In this document: in pieces, positions 34,327 to 43,705 of the stretch
Layout: every line of letters begins with the position of its first letter
How positions within the stretch are numbered: position 1 is the stretch's first letter
From: an uncultured Clostridia bacterium
GTDB lineage: Bacteria; Bacillota; Clostridia; Oscillospirales; Acutalibacteraceae
Assembly (NCBI GenBank): GCA_944384825.1
Contig: CALWUT010000021.1
Span: 4,399 to 68,398 of the forward strand
DNA length: 64,000 nt
Direction of reading: 5' to 3'
Translations under genes and position numbers: made by a program
Notes under the pieces: generated by a model
What the model was told of the DNA's origin: nothing
What the model saw: only the letters and a program-made list of their open reading frames with translations
Database searches by the model: none

Positions 34327-35922
34327 TTATTTTAACAGATCCCACAGCAAATTAGCTAAAGAATTAATATTAAATATCTTTCCAATTATAGTAGCTACAA
34401 CTTTTATCCAGTTTTCAAAACTGAAATTAGAATTTTTGAGCTCATCTAATGTTAGAGTAATTTCTTGGGATATATTTAAGCTACGATTCACTAATTCATA
34501 CTTATTCCAATAAGCGGCAGTTAAAGATTTTACTATTATACAAATTGTTTTTTTGAATCCATTCAATTCTGAAAAATCGTCATCTTTAATTGAATATATT
34601 AATTCAAAAATGTCTTTGAATTGCGCAGCGTATTTATAGGATAATCTTTTTAGAATATTGATTATATTTTCTTTATTTTCAAAACTTATATTATTTTCTT
34701 GCAAAAGCTCAAAAAGAGAATCTGAAAACTCTTTCAAAGAAGATTTATCTGCAAGTTTTAGAATATATTGGACTGTTTCCTCGATCATATCACTTTCAGG
34801 AGCAAGCTCAGAAATATTAAACTTTTCCGCTGATTTTTTAAAATAAAACTCATTTACTTCCCATGAAAAAGTATCATGCTGCGAAATGCCTGACGAAAAA
34901 CTATTAATACATTTAAAATTATCGTCATGTGATTCATTCATTATTCTTCCTATTACCGATGATTGTGGAGCAAAAGTAAGCAATTTATTTTTTAGTTTTT
35001 TATAGGTATTAAAAAGAGTGCTTCTAATATCTGCTCTTAGTCCCGGACCATCAAAGTTGAAAATATTTATAATACTTTTCCTTATTTTAGAGCTTTCATA
35101 GGATGATTTCATACTTGCATAAACTGCCAGATTTCCGCCTTTTGAATGTCCTCCTATATAAAGCAATGAATTAGGATATAACTCACTTACTTTACATAAA
35201 TAATCTTTAGCGTCATTCTGAGAGGGAATTTCTTCTTTCCATGATAAATCAACGTCTTCTTTCCATCCCGCAAGAGTAGAATCGGTTCCGCGATACATAA
35301 CCGCTTTGTTTCCGTCATTAAGTGTAAAAGTAACTGCTGCAAACTGTTTAGGTTCAGGCTCTTTAATATCAACGTAATTGCCGGAAAAATCACTTATAGT
35401 TATTTCTTTATATCTTGGACACTCTGCTAAATATTTTAAAAGCCTTAATCGCCTTTCTAAGTATTTGTTTTCAGAATTACAGTTCTTAATATAAAATTCT
35501 GTATTATGTTTATCTTCATCATGTAAATATAAATCAGTCATATCTTTCTTTTCATTTATTATCGAAGATAAACCCTCATACCACTTTTTTAATGTTATAC
35601 CTCGACAAGGTGTGCTAGAATCTATACATGGAACCATACACATTGGTAAGTAAGAAACTGTAGATAATATCATAGCATCTACTTCGTTGAACGGAAAATC
35701 ACATGACATTTCCGGAATATTTTTTGCACTTTCAGAACTAAGTAAATCTAAAATTAACTTATTGCTATTATTTGAAGATTTAGCGCTCTTTAAATTAATG
35801 CTATTCATAGAGTCTTGAAATACCTCTTGAGCTTTGACATTTCCAAAGCTTGTTGATGAAAATGTTGAAAGTAAATGTAAAAATATAACAAAATTAGTTT
35901 TACATTTTAAATTAAATTTCAT
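34327..35922 (-). CDS. secreted Mbeg1-like (DUF2974) alpha/beta hydrolase, lipase-like
   Basis: Signal peptide MKFNLKCKTNFVIFLHLLSTFSSTSFG. Core AVTFTLNDGNKAVMYRGTDSTLAGWKEDV...YIGGHSKGGNLAVYASM matches the family, including the GHSxG nucleophile elbow. Confidence 0.75.
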   Translation of the reverse strand: MKFNLKCKTNFVIFLHLLSTFSSTSFGNVKAQEVFQDSMNSINLKSAKSSNNSNKLILDLLSSESAKNIPEMSCDFPFNEVDAMILSTVSYLPMCMVPCIDSSTPCRGITLKKWYEGLSSIINEKKDMTDLYLHDEDKHNTEFYIKNCNSENKYLERRLRLLKYLAECPRYKEITISDFSGNYVDIKEPEPKQFAAVTFTLNDGNKAVMYRGTDSTLAGWKEDVDLSWKEEIPSQNDAKDYLCKVSELYPNSLLYIGGHSKGGNLAVYASMKSSYESSKIRKSIINIFNFDGPGLRADIRSTLFNTYKKLKNKLLTFAPQSSVIGRIMNESHDDNFKCINSFSSGISQHDTFSWEVNEFYFKKSAEKFNISELAPESDMIEETVQYILKLADKSSLKEFSDSLFELLQENNISFENKENIINILKRLSYKYAAQFKDIFELIYSIKDDDFSELNGFKKTICIIVKSLTAAYWNKYELVNRSLNISQEITLTLDELKNSNFSFENWIKVVATIIGKIFNINSLANLLWDLLK

Positions 35923-35980
35923 TTTTAACCTCTTTTTTATATTTCTTATGTTATAATTATACTACGTTATAACAGTGATT

Positions 35981-37363
35981 TCAAGCTCTATTATATTCAT
36001 TAATTATAAGTTCCACTATTTGATCAGTATGCATCCCTCTTGAACCTTTTATTAATATCTTGTCTTGTGCTGAAATCATTTCTTTTATCTTCCGGAAAGC
36101 TTCTATATTATCAGAGCAATGCTTTGTTATAATATCTTGATTTACACATTTAGCGCCGTCAGATAAATATTTAGAGTCTTTCCCTATAGTAATAAGTACA
36201 TCTATTTTTTCCATTGCTATATATCTGCCCGTTTCAAAATGAATTTCTTTAGAACGATCTCCAAGTTCTAATATATCCGCTATTACTACTATGTTTTTTC
36301 CAATTGACTTAATATTTTTAAGTATGCTTACTGAGCTTTTTATGGAATCCGGACTGGCATTATACGAATCATCTATTAAAGTTAGATTTTTAAGTTTAAG
36401 TATATTTTGTCTTCTATCGGCGTTACGAAAATTTAATAACCCTCTCTTTATATCTTCCAAATGCATTCCCATATCTCGTGAAACAGCAATAGCTGCCAAA
36501 GCGTTATATACATTATGCAGTCCCAAGCAAGGAATAATAATATTTTCACGAAGTTGAAAAGTAGACAGTACAAAACCAGTTTTTTCTTCGTTATTATATA
36601 TTTCTTGGCATTTGTATGGATATGCCCCATTTATGCCAAAATAGGTAATTAAAGCTTTACTTTTATTTTCAATATTTGTCAGTAATGGAGAATCTCCATT
36701 TACATATAGTTTCTTATTTTCTCCGCTTACAATTTTTATTTTTTCGTCTTTGGTATTTTCAAGAGATTCAAAATTTTCTATATGAGACAAACCTATATTC
36801 GTTATAACTCCAATATTAGGATTTGCAATTTTATTTAGCCTGTCCATTTCTCCCGGTTTACTTATACCCATTTCCAGTACTGCTGCTTGATAACTGCTGT
36901 CCAACTCAAAAATTGTTAAAGGCAACCCTATTTGACCATTATAGTTCCCCTTAGTTTTAAGGACTTTAAGATTTTCACCCAAAACCGAAGCTATCATTTC
37001 TTTAGTTGTAGTTTTACCCACACTTCCGGTTACTCCTATTATAGGAATTGAAAATTTAGATCTGTAATAAGCTGCTAATTGTTGTAGCGCAATAAGTGTA
37101 TTGTTAACTTCTATTAGCGATCCGTATATCCCTTTTATTTTGTTATTTCCTACTTCACATAAAGAAACAGAAGCGCCAAATTTAAAGGCGTCTTTGATAA
37201 AATCGTGTCCGTCTCTTTTTTCTCCTTTTAGTGGAACAAACAGGCATCCTTTAGTAACTTTTCGGCTATCAATAGATACCGAAGTTATAAAATCATCCGT
37301 ATTTCCTGAAAGCAACGTACCTCCTGTAGCGCTCAAAATTTTACTTATACTAACTTTTTCCAT
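35981..37363 (-). CDS. murF: UDP-N-acetylmuramoyl-tripeptide--D-alanyl-D-alanine ligase
   Basis: GVTGSVGKTTTKEMIASVL P-loop, Mur ligase domains, located downstream of murE. Confidence 0.85.
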   Translation of the reverse strand: MEKVSISKILSATGGTLLSGNTDDFITSVSIDSRKVTKGCLFVPLKGEKRDGHDFIKDAFKFGASVSLCEVGNNKIKGIYGSLIEVNNTLIALQQLAAYYRSKFSIPIIGVTGSVGKTTTKEMIASVLGENLKVLKTKGNYNGQIGLPLTIFELDSSYQAAVLEMGISKPGEMDRLNKIANPNIGVITNIGLSHIENFESLENTKDEKIKIVSGENKKLYVNGDSPLLTNIENKSKALITYFGINGAYPYKCQEIYNNEEKTGFVLSTFQLRENIIIPCLGLHNVYNALAAIAVSRDMGMHLEDIKRGLLNFRNADRRQNILKLKNLTLIDDSYNASPDSIKSSVSILKNIKSIGKNIVVIADILELGDRSKEIHFETGRYIAMEKIDVLITIGKDSKYLSDGAKCVNQDIITKHCSDNIEAFRKIKEMISAQDKILIKGSRGMHTDQIVELIINEYNRA

Positions 37364-37387
37364 ATTATACCTCAACTCGTAGGATAA

Positions 37388-38845
37388 TTATAAATTTTTT
37401 AGAATCTCTGCAACTACTGATCTTTCATCAAAGGGATATTTTACTCCTTTAATTTCTTGATAATCTTCATGCCCTTTTCCTGCCAGCAGTATCATATCCC
37501 CGCTTTTAGCATTTTCAATGCAATATTTTATTGCTTCTTTTCTATCCGGCACTATAACGTAATCTCCTTTAGTCTTATCCATACCTTTTTTGATGTCGTT
37601 AATAATTTCAAGTGGATCTTCAAATCTTGGATTATCGCTTGTAATTACGCATAAATCTGAAAGTCTGCCTGCTGTTTCCCCCATTTCAAACCTGCGGACT
37701 TTAGGTCTGTTTCCACCGGCGCCAAAAAGAGTTATTATTCTTTTGGGATTATATTCTCTTAGGGTTTTAAGTACGTTTTCCATACTTAAAGCGTTATGAG
37801 CATAATCAATAAATACAGAATAATCTTGCTTATGAACTACTAGTTCTACTCTGCCTTTAATTTTAATTTTTTTAAGTCCGGAAATTATATTTTTCTTTTC
37901 TATTCCCAAGTGATTACATAAAGATGCAGCTGCTAAAGAATTATATACATTGAATTTCCCGGGTACAGAAATAAAAATATTATCTATATTAAGCTTACCT
38001 TTAAGATTAAAACTCACTCCTATAATATTTTCTTTATTGACTGCTTTTAAATCTTTTGCCAAATAATCTGCCGGATTATTTATTCCAAACGTAACTATCT
38101 TACAGCTTCTATCTTTTATAATTCCGAAATAGTTTTCATCGTCAATATTTATAAACCCTGTTTTACATTTTTTGAACAGCAAACTTTTAGCTTGTAAATA
38201 TTCTTCATAGCTTTCATGTTCGTTTTTTCCTATATGATCATGTGAAAAGTTAGTAAATATTCCATAATCAAAAACAAAGAAGTCTAAACGATTTCGAGAA
38301 AGACCTAATGATGAAGCTTCAATTATAGCAAATTCATATCCTTTTTGTACCATTAAATTCAAATATTTTTGAACTTCGTAAGATTCAGGAGTTGTATTGC
38401 GAAGAGGAATAACTTCGTTATCTAATATAACTCCCATAGTACCTATAATTCCTGATTTTATTTTTGCACTTTTTAATATCGACCTTATCATAAAAGATGT
38501 TGTAGTTTTTCCTTTAGTACCGGTTATACCTATAGTTTTTATTCTTTCAGCTGGGTGATCAAAAAAATTAGCTGACATATGTGCAAGAGCAGTTCTGGTA
38601 TTCTCCACTACAATAGTTGTAACTCCAGGTATATTTACTTCTTTACTTGCTACTATTACCTTAGCTCCTGCATTTACAGCGTCGTTAATGAAATTATGGC
38701 CGTCCGAGCCATATCCTTTTAGACAAACAAAAATGCTGTTATTTTTTACTTTACGAGAATCATATACTAAATCTGTTATTTCTATATCAGTATTTCCGTG
38801 AATTGAACTGAAATTTAAGTCTTTGATTATAAAATTTAAATTCAT
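37388..38845 (-). CDS. murE: UDP-N-acetylmuramoyl-L-alanyl-D-glutamate--2,6-diaminopimelate ligase
   Basis: GITGTKGKTTTSFMI. The DNPR motif (TSDNPRFEDP) is associated with meso-DAP-adding enzymes. Confidence 0.85.
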   Translation of the reverse strand: MNLNFIIKDLNFSSIHGNTDIEITDLVYDSRKVKNNSIFVCLKGYGSDGHNFINDAVNAGAKVIVASKEVNIPGVTTIVVENTRTALAHMSANFFDHPAERIKTIGITGTKGKTTTSFMIRSILKSAKIKSGIIGTMGVILDNEVIPLRNTTPESYEVQKYLNLMVQKGYEFAIIEASSLGLSRNRLDFFVFDYGIFTNFSHDHIGKNEHESYEEYLQAKSLLFKKCKTGFINIDDENYFGIIKDRSCKIVTFGINNPADYLAKDLKAVNKENIIGVSFNLKGKLNIDNIFISVPGKFNVYNSLAAASLCNHLGIEKKNIISGLKKIKIKGRVELVVHKQDYSVFIDYAHNALSMENVLKTLREYNPKRIITLFGAGGNRPKVRRFEMGETAGRLSDLCVITSDNPRFEDPLEIINDIKKGMDKTKGDYVIVPDRKEAIKYCIENAKSGDMILLAGKGHEDYQEIKGVKYPFDERSVVAEILKNL

Positions 38846-39060
38846 AATTTTCCCTTCGGACTTTAAAATTATTAATTAGCCTCTTAACTATATCAAATTT
38901 GACCATTTATCGCAATACTTTAAATTATTATATCTACTATATAATAATACTCTGCTTCACTATACTTAATGTCTTTTATAGCGAATAAGCCAAAATTTGA
39001 TAACCGAATTTAACTCTTTCCATATTTTTTATTTTTTATATAAAAAAATAAATAAAAGTA

Positions 39061-39089
39061 TTGACAATTTATTTTATATAGTGTACAAT
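39061..39089 (+). promoter_or_regulatory. sigma-A promoter of the Nif11-leader peptide gene
   Basis: TTGACA, 17 nt spacer, TACAAT. Confidence 0.55.
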
Positions 39090-39122
39090 TTGATTATTCT
39101 AATTTAAAGGAGTGTTGTAATT

Positions 39123-39554
39123 ATGGAAAATGTAACAGAAAAGATTAACCAGCTTTTAAGAAGTCAGGATTTTACCGATCAGCTTGGTAATGCTCAATCA
39201 CAAGATGATATTAAGAAGCTTTTTGCCAGTAATGGAGTAACATTAAATGATGAAGATGTAAATGGTTTTGCGCAGGAATTGCAGAAAAGAGCTTTAAATC
39301 TTTCTGGCTCCCAGCTTGACGAAATATCAGGAGGCAAGTGCGCTATTGGTACAATAACGGAAGGTGTTGGAGATATAGCCAAAGGAGTAGGACGCGGAAT
39401 CGGATATACTGCCGGCGGAGTAGCAAAAGGTGTTGGTTCTTTTGCTTATAATACAGGTAAGGGAGTAGGAAAAATTGCCTGGGGAACGGTTAAAATTCCT
39501 GCCAGTGTAGTTGTTGAAGCAGGAAAAGGATTCTGGAAAGGATTAACTAATTAA
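39123..39554 (+). CDS. Nif11-type leader peptide precursor with GG cleavage motif and Gly/Lys-rich repeat core
   Basis: AAAGGAG RBS. The 71-aa leader MENVTEKINQLLRSQDFTDQL...DIKKLFASNGVTLNDEDVNGFAQEL...LSGSQLDEISGG/K resembles Nif11-derived leaders. The core carries KGVG repeats. Confidence 0.65.
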   Translation: MENVTEKINQLLRSQDFTDQLGNAQSQDDIKKLFASNGVTLNDEDVNGFAQELQKRALNLSGSQLDEISGGKCAIGTITEGVGDIAKGVGRGIGYTAGGVAKGVGSFAYNTGKGVGKIAWGTVKIPASVVVEAGKGFWKGLTN

Positions 39555-39580
39555 GGTTTCAAATAAAAAGCAAATGTGTT

Positions 39581-39623
39581 CTGTAGCAAAGCTGTTGCGC
39601 TTTGTTACAGATTTTCGTTTTTT
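39581..39623 (+). terminator. rho-independent terminator
   Basis: CTGTAGCAAAGC-tgttgc-GCTTTGTTACAG (one G-U pair), followed by ATTTTCGTTTTTT. Confidence 0.65.
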
Positions 39624-39641
39624 AACACTTATTATTTAATC

Positions 39642-39833
39642 TTAATAGGTATCTTTTTCATGTGAATTAAAGTTTTCGTCCGATATGTACTCTAAAATAT
39701 CCTCTACTTTACATTTTAATAATTTACAAAGAATATCAATAAGATTTGTAGATATTCCGCCGTTGTGTTTTAACCTATGAACAGTATGACTGCTAAAACC
39801 GTACTTTTCAATTAACTTGTAAATTAAAATTTT
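39642..39833 (-). pseudogene. promoter-less, start-less 3' two-thirds of an XRE-type HTH gene
   Basis: Frame opens right after a TAA (39834-39836). Reads KILIYKLIEKYGFSSHTVHRLKHNGGISTNLIDILCKLLKCKVEDILEYISDENFNSHEKDTY. No start codon. Confidence 0.6.
39728..39814. repeat. left copy of an 87-bp perfect inverted repeat
   Basis: The reverse complement of 39728-39814 is identical to 39984-40070. Homology continues a few nt further with 2 mismatches. Confidence 0.85.
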
Positions 39834-39922
39834 TTATTTGTAGTTTAATCGTATGGTTCATATTTGAAGTATGTATAAATTTGTGCCTATGTTTTATTCT
39901 TTAATATAAGGGGGTGATAAAT

Positions 39923-40084
39923 GTGATTGTGTATGATCCACTTTGGAAAACTTTAAAAAGTAGAGGAGTAACAACTTATAAGCTAATTGAAAAGTACGGT
40001 TTTAGCAGTCATACTGTTCATAGGTTAAAACACAACGGCGGAATATCTACAAATCTTATTGATATTCTTTCTAAAATTGTATAG
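39923..40084 (+). CDS. short XRE-type HTH protein (53 aa, C-terminally shortened variant)
   Basis: GGGGGTG RBS and GTG start. VIVYDPLWKTLKSRGVTTYKLIEKYGFSSHTVHRLKHNGGISTNLIDILSKIV. Not in the ORF track because it is under 60 aa. Confidence 0.55.
   Translation: MIVYDPLWKTLKSRGVTTYKLIEKYGFSSHTVHRLKHNGGISTNLIDILSKIV
39984..40070. repeat. right copy of the 87-bp perfect inverted repeat
   Basis: taattgaaaagtacggttttagcagtcatactgttcataggttaaaacacaacggcggaatatctacaaatcttattgatattcttt. Confidence 0.85.
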
Positions 40085-40141
40085 TAACAGTAAGACGTTT
40101 TTATTGCAGTCATTAGATGACTTTAAAAGGAGACTGTGTAA

Positions 40142-40477
40142 ATGAAAGTGGCAATAGTAGGATCACGACGATTAACAAATATCACAATTTCAAAATACAT
40201 ACCTAAGGAAACAACACAGATAATAACCGGAGGAGCTAAAGGAATTGATACCTTGGCAGAAAAGTACGCAGACGAAAATAACATAACTAAGACTATAATT
40301 AAGCCTGAATATAAAAAATACGGAATTCACGCCCCACTTATAAGAAATAAAGAGATAGTAGAAAAAGCAGATTTAATAATAGCAATTTGGGACGGAGAAT
40401 CTAAAGGAACTAAATCTGCTATTGATTACGCAAAAGAGCTTAACAAAAAAATAAATTTATATATTTTAAATATTTGA
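40142..40477 (+). CDS. SLOG-fold protein (DUF2493 / DprA-Smf-like Rossmann module)
   Basis: 111 aa. VAIVGSRR...IITGGAKGIDTLAEKYA...RNKEIVEKADLIIAIWDGESKGTKSAIDYA. AAAGGAG RBS. Confidence 0.6.
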   Translation: MKVAIVGSRRLTNITISKYIPKETTQIITGGAKGIDTLAEKYADENNITKTIIKPEYKKYGIHAPLIRNKEIVEKADLIIAIWDGESKGTKSAIDYAKELNKKINLYILNI

Positions 40478-40598
40478 AAATAAAAATTACTCTTTTGACT
40501 TTAAGTTAAGAGAGTTTTTTCAGCTAAAAATTCACTACTTAACGTTTATCTCCATAAGCTGTTAAAGAAAATATTTATAAAATTTTAATCTAAGAGAG

Positions 40599-40859
40599 GT
40601 GAAAGAATTGAAAACCACGACTTTACTTCCTTTAAATAAAGCTTACCCAGGAAAATGCTATAAGGTCGTAGATATACGTTTAAATAACAATCATCGCAGA
40701 AGAATTCTAGATTTAGGACTTATCCCTAAGACTACTCTTAAAGTATTGCAAAAAAGTCCTTTAGGAGATCCTGTGGCATATTTAATCCGAGGAAGCGTCA
40801 TCGCTTTAAGAGAAGAGTATACTAAAAAAGTCATTGTAAAGGAATTAGAAACAAATTAA
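40599..40859 (+). CDS. feoA: ferrous iron transport protein A
   Basis: LNKAYPGKCYKVVDI...RRRILDLGLIPKTTLKVLQKSPLGDPVAYLIRGSVIALR. Start may be the TTG at 40608. Confidence 0.8.
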   Translation: MKELKTTTLLPLNKAYPGKCYKVVDIRLNNNHRRRILDLGLIPKTTLKVLQKSPLGDPVAYLIRGSVIALREEYTKKVIVKELETN

Positions 40860-40898
40860 TTATATTCTAGACTTTTTAGCATCGGAGCTGAAGTTATA

Positions 40899-43058
40899 GT
40901 GAAGAGTAATAACATATCAACAATTGAATTGAGAACTCCGAAAAATAAAACATCTATTTGTAAAAATTGCAAGATTATAGCAGTAGCCGGAAATCCAAAC
41001 GTTGGAAAAAGTACAGTATTTAACGCACTTACAGGCCTTAATCAACATACAGGAAATTGGCCGGGTAAAACTGTAGAACGTGCCCAAGGAAAGTACACTT
41101 ATAATGAAAAAGAGTATAGTCTTATCGATATCCCGGGAACTTACTCACTATCATCTAATTCTCCGGAAGAAGAGATTGCAAGAGATTTTATTTGTTTTGA
41201 AAATCCGGACGCCGTAATTGTAGTAATGGATGCTACATGCTTGGAAAGAAACCTTAATTTAACTCTTCAAATTTTAGAACTTACCCGCAATGTAGTAGTA
41301 TGCTTAAATTTAATAGACGAAGCGAAAAGAAAAAATATTACTATAGATAAAGACGAACTCTCTTTACAGTTAGGAGGCGTTCCTGTAATAGAAACTAATG
41401 CGAGAGATAAAGTAGGAATTAAAAACTTAATGGACGCGGTAGAAAGTGTGAGCGAAAGAAAAACTAAAGTATTTAATATAAAAACAAATTATGGTGAATG
41501 TTTGGAAAATTCAATAGAAAAAGTGCAGAAATCATTGATTCCGGATAACCATAATCAATATTTAAGTAACTATATAGATTATAGATGGCTGAGTATTCGA
41601 CTGTTAGAAGAAGATTCAAGCTTTAAAAAATCTTTTAAGACTTATTTTGGCGAAGACATTTGTGAAAATCCTGAAATTTTACAAGTGATTTCCAATGAAA
41701 GAAAAAAATTAAAACTTGAAAATATAAATTCTCGGACTTTAAAGGATAAAATAGTAGAATCGGTGGTTAAAAAAGCTGAAACCATATATAAAATTTGTGT
41801 AAGTGAAAAAAATGCAGATTACCAATGTGCTGATAGAATTATTGATAAATTCCTCACTTCCCCATTAACCGGTTTCCCTACTATGATTATTCTTCTTTTG
41901 GGTATATTTTGGATAACAATTACAGGTGCCAACTATCCTTCGGAATTAATTTCAAGCGTACTATTTGGATTTGAAGAAAAATTGATTGAGATTTTTAGTA
42001 CATCCGAAGTTCCTCCTTGGCTTTACGGAATTTTAATTTCAGGAGTTTACAGAACACTAGCATGGGTAGTTTCCGTAATGCTTCCGCCTATGGCCATATT
42101 TTTTCCGTTATTTACACTACTTGAAGACGTAGGATATCTGCCGCGAATTGCTTTTAATCTAGACAGTATTTTTAAAAAATGCGGTTCACATGGAAAACAA
42201 GCTTTAACAATGTGTATGGGATTTGGATGCAATGCTTGCGGAGTCACAGGCTGCCGAATAATAGATTCGCCGCGTGAAAGATTAATTGCAATTTTAACCA
42301 ACAATTTTGTACCTTGTAATGGAAGATTTCCTATACTAATCTCAATAATAGGAATGTTTTTTATTGGACAGTCGTTTACTATTGCAAATTCAGTATTATC
42401 TACCTTGATATTAACGTTAACAATTATATTTGGAGTAGGCATAACTTTTATAGTTTCAAAATTACTGTCTCTTACTTTACTTAAAGGCATTCCTTCGTCT
42501 TTCATACTGGAACTTCCGCCTTACAGAAAGCATCAATTTGGAAAAGTTCTTATAAGGTCGCTGCTTGATAGAACCATTTATGTTCTGGGAAGAGCAGTAG
42601 CAGTAGCTGCGCCTGCAGGACTTATAATATGGATAATGGCTAATACATATATAAATCAAATGAGTTTATTAGCGTACTGTTCTAATTTTCTGGATCCATT
42701 TGCAAAAATGATAGGTCTTGATGGAGTAATACTAATGGCGTTTATACTTGGATTTCCGGCTAATGAAATAGCTTTTCCAATAATTATAATGAGTTATATG
42801 TGCGGAGATTGTTTAATTAATGTACCTACTGCTTCAGAACTTCACACACTTTTAGTATCACATGGTTGGAATTATACAACTGCAATTTGTGTAATGCTTT
42901 TTTCTCTCATGCATTTCCCTTGCGGAACAACCTGCTGGACAATAAAAAAAGAAACAGGTAGTCTAAAATGGACTGCTCTAGCTTTTTTACTCCCTACTGC
43001 TGTCGGAATAATAATATGCTTTATTGTCGCAAATTTAATGAGATTAATAGCTATTTAA
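40899..43058 (+). CDS. feoB: ferrous iron transport protein B
   Basis: 719 aa. G-domain AVAGNPNVGKSTVFNALTG...DIPGTYSL, then a polytopic membrane domain. Confidence 0.9.
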   Translation: MKSNNISTIELRTPKNKTSICKNCKIIAVAGNPNVGKSTVFNALTGLNQHTGNWPGKTVERAQGKYTYNEKEYSLIDIPGTYSLSSNSPEEEIARDFICFENPDAVIVVMDATCLERNLNLTLQILELTRNVVVCLNLIDEAKRKNITIDKDELSLQLGGVPVIETNARDKVGIKNLMDAVESVSERKTKVFNIKTNYGECLENSIEKVQKSLIPDNHNQYLSNYIDYRWLSIRLLEEDSSFKKSFKTYFGEDICENPEILQVISNERKKLKLENINSRTLKDKIVESVVKKAETIYKICVSEKNADYQCADRIIDKFLTSPLTGFPTMIILLLGIFWITITGANYPSELISSVLFGFEEKLIEIFSTSEVPPWLYGILISGVYRTLAWVVSVMLPPMAIFFPLFTLLEDVGYLPRIAFNLDSIFKKCGSHGKQALTMCMGFGCNACGVTGCRIIDSPRERLIAILTNNFVPCNGRFPILISIIGMFFIGQSFTIANSVLSTLILTLTIIFGVGITFIVSKLLSLTLLKGIPSSFILELPPYRKHQFGKVLIRSLLDRTIYVLGRAVAVAAPAGLIIWIMANTYINQMSLLAYCSNFLDPFAKMIGLDGVILMAFILGFPANEIAFPIIIMSYMCGDCLINVPTASELHTLLVSHGWNYTTAICVMLFSLMHFPCGTTCWTIKKETGSLKWTALAFLLPTAVGIIICFIVANLMRLIAI

Positions 43059-43178
43059 ATTAGTTTTTAATTAATTTTAGATATCATACTGTTTATAATG
43101 AAACTGCTAAAATTATATTCATTTAAAATTCTTCTCATTTATAATAAGCTTAAAAAAGCTAATATTTTTTTAATTTTA

Positions 43179-43705
43179 TGCGGAAGTCACATGAGTTTTA
43201 CGGAAAAGGGATTTATAAAATTTCAGATAATTGTTATAGCTTTTGGTATAAATTTGTTTTTCCAAATATAGGTGCAATTGAAAGTGAAAACGGTTAAATT
43301 GTTTTAAAGCAAATGGTTATTCCAAGGCTTTCTGAATATATCGGAAAGCCATTTAAAAATATTTGCACTCAGTATATGCTGAGAAAAAACAGAGAAAATA
43401 AACTTTCATTTCAGTTTGTAGAGTGCGGAAGATGGTGGAGTGAGTACGGATAAAGAGCTTAAAAGCGAAGCTGAAATTAATTTTGCCGCCACTTTTGAAA
43501 GAAATATAATGCTTGGTGAATGTAAATGGAGGAGTGAAATAAACGATGTTTCAGAATTAAATAAATTAATAGAAGAAGTAAAATTCTTCAGAGCATATAA
43601 AGAGAAATATTTTTATTTTTTCTAAATCATCATTTTCAAATGAATGCAAAAAGCTATGATATGAAAAATTTATTCTTAATTGAAATTCCGGATTTATTCA
43701 AGTAA
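43179..43705 (+). pseudogene. remnant of a DUF234-type ATPase gene (C-terminal part, multiple stops and shifts)
   Basis: Fragments GIYKISDNCYSFWYKFVFPNIGAIESENG, VIPRLSEYIGKPFKNICTQYMLRKN...ECGRWWSEYG and NFAATFERNIMLGECKWRSEINDVSELNKL lie in different frames. Confidence 0.5.

Noticed and set aside
42047-42659. Minus-strand ORFs inside feoB, and similar antisense ORFs inside PFOR, murE, murF, glf and era
   Set aside because: They lie entirely within strongly supported genes on the other strand, lack an RBS and have low-complexity translations.
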